A stretch of DNA of 64,000 bases from the human T2T-CHM13v2.0 reference genome, Homo sapiens. The translations under genes were made by a program, and so were the position numbers. A model generated the notes under the pieces. That model saw only the letters and a program-made list of their open reading frames with translations. It was not told the DNA's origin and made no database searches. The stretch lies in assembly GCF_009914755.1 (NCBI RefSeq), contig NC_060925.1; one strand, 5' to 3'. Numbering within the stretch: position 1 is the stretch's first letter; every line of letters begins with the position of its first letter. Below, piece after piece: positions 58,483-64,000 of the stretch.

Positions 58483-61050
58483 GAATTCAAAGGAATCATC
58501 ATCAAATGGAACCGAATGGAATCCTCATTGAATGGAAATGAAAGGGGTCATCATCTAATGGAATCGCATGGAATCATCATCAAATGGAATCGAATGGAAT
58601 CATCATCAAATGGAATCTAATGGAATCATTGAACAGAATTGAATGGAATCGTCATCGAATGAATTGAATGCAATCATCGAATGGTCTCGAATGGAATCAT
58701 CTTCTAATGGAAAGGAATGGAATCATCGCATAGAATCGAATGGAATTATCATCGAATGGAATCGAATGGTATCAACACCAAACGGAAAAAAACGGAATTA
58801 TCGAATGGAATCGAAGAGAATCTTCGAACGGACCCGAATGGAATCATCTAATGGAATGGAATGGAATAATCCATGGACTCGAATGCAATCATCATCGAAT
58901 GGAATCGAATGGAGTCATCGAATGGACTCGAATGGAATAATCATTGAACGGAATCGAATGGAATCATCATCGGATGGAAACGAATGGAATCATCATCGAA
59001 TGGAAATGAAAGGAGTCATCATCTAATGGAATTGCATGGAATCATCATAAAATGGAATCGAATGGAATCAACATCAAATGGAATCAAATGGAATCATTGA
59101 ACGGAATTGAATGGAATCGTCATCGAATGAATTGACTGCAATCATCGAATGGTGTCGAATGGAATCATCTTCAAATGGAATGGAATGGAATCATCGCATA
59201 GAATCGAATGGAATTATCATCGAATGGAATCGAATGGAATCAACATCAAACGGAAAAAAACAGAATTATCGTATGGAATCTAAGAGAATCATCGAATGGA
59301 CCCGAATGGAATCATCTAATGGAATGGAATGGAATAATCCATGGACTCGAATGCAATCATCATCGAATGGAATCGAATGGAATCATCGAATGGACTCGAA
59401 TGGAATAATAATTGAACGGAATCGAATGGAATCATCATCGGATGGAAATGAATGGAATCATCATCGAATGGAATCGAATAGAATTATGGAATGAAATCCA
59501 GTGTGATCATCATCGAATGGACCCGAATGGAATCATCATCCAACGGAAGCTAATGGAATCAACATCGAATGAATCGAATGGAAACACCATCGAATTGAAA
59601 CGAATGGAATTATCATGAAATTGAAATGGATGGACACATCATCGAATGGATTCGAATGGAATCATCGAATAAAATTGATTGAAATCATCATCAAATGGAA
59701 TCGAATGGTATCATTGAATGGAATCGAATGGAATCATCATCAGATGGAAATGAATGGAATCGTCATAGAATGGCATCGAATGGATTCATTGAATGGAATC
59801 AGATGGAATCATCGAATGGACTGGAATGGAATCATTGAATGGACTTGAAAGGTATCATTATTGAATGGAATTGAATGGAATCATCGAATGGTCTCGATTG
59901 GAATCATTATCAAATGGAATCGAATGGAATCACCGAATAGAATCGAATGGAACAATCATCGAATGGACTCAAATGGAATTATCCTCAAATGGAATCGAAT
60001 GGAATTATCGAATGCAATCGAATGGAATTATCGAATGCAATCGAATAGAATCATCGAATGGACTCGAATGGAATCATCGAATGGAATGGAATGGAACAGT
60101 CAATGAACTCGAATGGAATCATCATTGAATGGAATCGAATGGAATCATCGAGTGGAATCGAATGGAATTATGATCAAATGGAATCGAATGTAATCATCAT
60201 CAAATGGAATCAAAAATAACCATCAGCAATTGGTATTGAATGGAATTGTCATCAAATGGAATTCAAAGGAATCATCATCAAATGGAACCGAATGGAATCC
60301 TCATTGAATGGAAATGAAAGGGGTCATCATCTAATGGAATCGCATGGAATCATCATCAAATGGAATCGAATGGAATCATCATCAAATGGAATCTAATGGA
60401 ATCATTGAACAGAATTGAATGGAATCGTCATCGAATGAATTGAATGCAATCATCGAATGGTCTCGAATGGAATCATCTTCTAATGGAAAGGAATGGAATC
60501 ATCGCATAGAATCGAATGGAATTATCATCGAATGGAATCGAATGGTATCAACACCAAACGGAAAAAAACGGAATTATCAAATGGAATCGAAGAGAATCTT
60601 CGAACGGACCCGAATGGAATCATCTAATGGAATGGAATGGAATAATCCATGGACTCGAATGCAATCATCATCGAATGGAATCGAATGGAGTCATCGAATG
60701 GACTCGAATGGAATAATCATTGAACGGAATCGAATGGAATCATCATCGGATGGAAACGAATGGAATCATCATCGAATGGAAATGAAAGGAGTCATCATCT
60801 AATGGAATTGCATGGAATCATCATAAAATGGAATCGAATGGAATCAACATCAAATGGAATCAAATGGAATCATTGAACGGAATTGAATGGAATCGTCATC
60901 GAATGAATTGACTGCAATCATCGAATGGTCTCGAATGGAATCATCTTCAAATGGAATGGAATGGAATCATCGCATAGAATCGAATGGAATTATCATCGAA
61001 TGGAATCGAATGGAATCAACATCAAACGGAAAAAAACAGAATTATCGTAT
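57490..61050 (+). repeat. Pair of sister 1776-bp units from a recent single-unit duplication
   Basis: Private variants are shared at offset 1776: AATAATTG (~57631/59407), GGACACATC (~57856/59632), TGGCATCG (~57995/59771) and GGAGTCATCG (~58911/60687). Confidence 0.85.
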
Positions 61051-64000
61051 GGATTCGAAGAGAATCATCGAATGGACCCGAATGGAATCATCTAATGGAA
61101 TGGAATGGAATAATCCATGGACTCGAATGCAATCATCATCGAATGGAATCGAATGGAATCATCGAATGGACTCGAATGGAACAATCATTGAACGGAATCG
61201 AATGGAATCATCATCGGATGGAAATGAATGGAATCATCATCGAATGGAATCGAATAGAATTATGGAATGAAATCCAGTGTGATCATCATCGAATGGACCC
61301 GAATGGAATCATCATCCAACGGAAGCTAATGGAATCAACATCGAATGAATCGAATGGAAACACCATCGAATTGAAACGAATGGAATTATCATGAAATTGA
61401 AATGGATGGACTCATCATCGAATGGATTCGAATGGAATCATCGAATAAAATTGATTGAAATCATCATCGAATGGAATCGAATGGTATCATTGAATGGAAT
61501 CGAATGGAATCATCATCAGATGGAAATGAATGGAATCGTCATAGAATGGAATCGAATGGATTCATTGAATGGAATCAGATGGAATCATCGAATGGACTGG
61601 AATGGAATCATTGAATGGACTCGAAAGGGATCATGATTGAATGGAATTGAATGGAATCATCGAATGGTCTCGATTGGAATCATTATCAAATGGAATCGAA
61701 TGGAATCACCGAATAGAATCGAATGGAACAATCATCGAATGGACTCAAATGGAATTATCCTCAAATGGAATCGAATGGAATTATCAAATGCAATCGAATG
61801 GAATTATCGAATGCAATCGAATAGAATCATCGAAAGGACTCGAATGGAATCATCGAATGGAATGGAATGGAACAGTCAATGAACTCGAATGGAATCATCA
61901 TTGAATGGAATCGAATGGAATCATCGAGTGGAATCGAATGGAATTATGATCAAATGGAATCTAATGTAATCATCATCAAATGGAATCAAAAATAACCATC
62001 ATCAATTGGTATTGAATGGAATTGTCATCAAATGGAATTCAAAGGAATCATCATCAAATGGAACCGAATGGAATCCTCATTGAATGGAAATGAAAGGGGT
62101 CATCATCTAATGGAATCGCATGGAATCATCATCAAATGGAATCGAATGGAATCATCATCAAATGGAATCTAATGGAATCATTGAACAGAATTGAATGGAA
62201 TCGTCATCGAATGAATTGAATGCAATCATCGAATGGTCTCGAATGGAATCATCTTCTAATGGAAAGGAATGGAATCATCGCATAGAATCGAATGGAATTA
62301 TCATCGAATGGAATCGAATGGTATCAAAACCAAACGGAAAAAAACGGAATTATCGAATGGAATCGAAGAGAAACTTCGAACGGACCCGAATGGAATCATC
62401 TAATGGAATGGAATGGAATAATCCATGGACTCGAATGCAATCATCATCGAATGGAATGGAATGGAATCATCGAATGGACTCGAATGGAATAATCATTGAA
62501 CGGAATCGAATGGAATCATCATCGGATGGAAACGAATGGAATCATCATCGAATGGAAATGAAAGGAGTCATCATCTAATGGAATTGCATGGAATCATCAT
62601 AAAATGGAATCGAATGGAATCAACATCAAATGGAATCAAATGGAATCATTGAACGGAATTGAATGGAATCGTCATCGAATGAATTGACTGCAATCATCGA
62701 ATGGTCTCGAATGGAATCATCTTCAAATGGAATGGAATGGAATCATCGCATAGAATCGAATGGAATTATCATCGAATGGAATCGAATGGAATCAACATCA
62801 AACGGAAAAAAACGGAATTATCAAATGGAATCGAAGAAAATCATCGAATGGACCCGAATGGAATCATCTAATGGAATGGAATGGAATAATCCATGGACTC
62901 GAATGCAATCATCATCGAATGGAATCGAATGGAATCATCGAATGGACTCGAATGGAATAATCATTGAACGGAATCGAATGGAATCATCATCGGATGGAAA
63001 TGAATGGAATCATCATCGAATGGAATCGAATAGAATTATGGAATGAAATCCAGTGTGATCATCATCGAATGGACCCGAATGGAATCATCATCCAACGGAA
63101 GCTAATGGAATCAACATCGAATGAATCGAATGGAAACACCATCGAATTGAAACGAATGGAATTATCATGAAATTGAAATGGATGGACTCATCATCGAATG
63201 GATTCGAATGGAATCATCGAATAAAATTGATTGAAATCATCATCGAATGGAATCGAATGGTATCATTGAATGGAATCGAATGGAATCATCATCAGATGGA
63301 AATGAATGGAATCGTCATAGAATGGAATCGAATGGATTCATTGAATGGAATCAGATGGAATCATCGAATGGACTGGAATGGAATCATTGAATGGACTCGA
63401 AAGGGATCATGATTGAATGGAATTGAATGGAATCATCGAATGGTCTCGATTGGAATCATTATCAAATGGAATCGAATGGAATCACCGAATAGAATCGAAT
63501 GGAACAATCATCGAATGGACTCAAATGGAATTATCCTCCAATGGAATCGAATGGAATTATCGAATGCAATCGAATGGAATTATCGAATGCAATCGAATAG
63601 AATCATCGAATGGACTCGAATGGAATCATCGAATGGAATGGAATGGAACAGTCAATGAACTCGAATGGAATCATCATTGAATGGAATCGAATGGAATCAT
63701 CGAGTGGAATCGAATGGAATTATGATCAAATGGAATCGAATGTAATCCTCATCAAATGGAATCAAAAATAACCATCATCAATTGGTATTGAATGGAATTG
63801 TCATCAAATGGAATTCAAAGGAATCATCATCAAATGGAACCGAATGGAATCCTCATTGAATGGAAATGAAAGGGGTCATCATCTAATGGAATCGCATGGA
63901 ATCATCATCAAGTGGAATCTAATGGAATCATTGAACAGAATTGAAAGGAATCGTCATCGAATGAATTGAATGCAATCATCGAATGGTCTCGAATGGAATC

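Larger units (their letters stand above)
1..64000 (+). repeat. Human satellite II (HSat2/HSATII) tandem array, 1776-bp-unit (HSat2A-type, 1q12-like) pericentromeric heterochromatin
   Basis: Continuous (GGAAT/CGAAT)-derived sequence with ATCATCGAATGG motifs (reverse complement CCATTCGATGAT, diagnostic of HSat2 rather than HSat3). ORF translations and EcoRI sites recur at a 1776-bp period. No non-satellite interruption or inversion was seen. Confidence 0.98.

Noticed and set aside
169-63680. Hundreds of 60-163 aa ORFs as protein-coding genes
   Set aside because: They are overlapping, low-complexity translations of the repeat in all three + frames. They are freely broken by stops and by 23/26/1-bp frameshifts, and show no recognisable domains.
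1-64000. CRISPR-like array suggested by the 23-26-bp periodicity
   Set aside because: There are no unique spacers, no leader and no cas genes; the intervening sequence is itself satellite.
1-64000. HSat3, telomeric repeat or alpha satellite
   Set aside because: Pure GGAAT runs are only about three copies long, and ATCATCGAAT motifs dominate. There are no TTAGGG tracts and no 171-bp period.
1-64000. Inversion or embedded Alu/L1/ERV insertion
   Set aside because: No CATTC-rich tract on + and no non-satellite sequence was seen. All EcoRI spacing deviations are accounted for by satellite-internal indels.

Overview
The whole 64 kb window is one uninterrupted, single-orientation array of human classical satellite II (HSat2/HSATII), with the GGAAT/GAATG-rich strand on +. 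It is organised as nested repeats. Degenerate 5-mers form 23- and 26-bp subunits (e.g. GGAATCATCGAATGGACTCGAAT, GGAATCATCATCGAATGGAATCGAAT). These build a 1776-bp unit with one EcoRI site, made of two diverged 468-bp blocks (here a and b) plus an 840-bp single-copy part. This matches the ~1.77-kb HSat2A-type repeat best known from human 1q12 (pUC1.77/D1Z1); the chromosome is inferred, not proven. No credible gene, RNA gene, mobile element or CRISPR array is present, and all ORFs are translations of the satellite. I found no evidence for a new gene-based system. The informative signal is architectural: a near-identical ~19.6/19.1-kb tandem super-duplication (~6.05-44.8 kb), a templated 468-bp insertion distinguishing its copies, a nascent 3084-bp (1776+1308) higher-order repeat (~49.3-58.5 kb), recurrent block-level indels in register with the 23/26/468-bp periods, mosaic units, and a more diverged variant domain in the first ~6 kb. 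Coordinates were counted by eye and boundaries are approximate.
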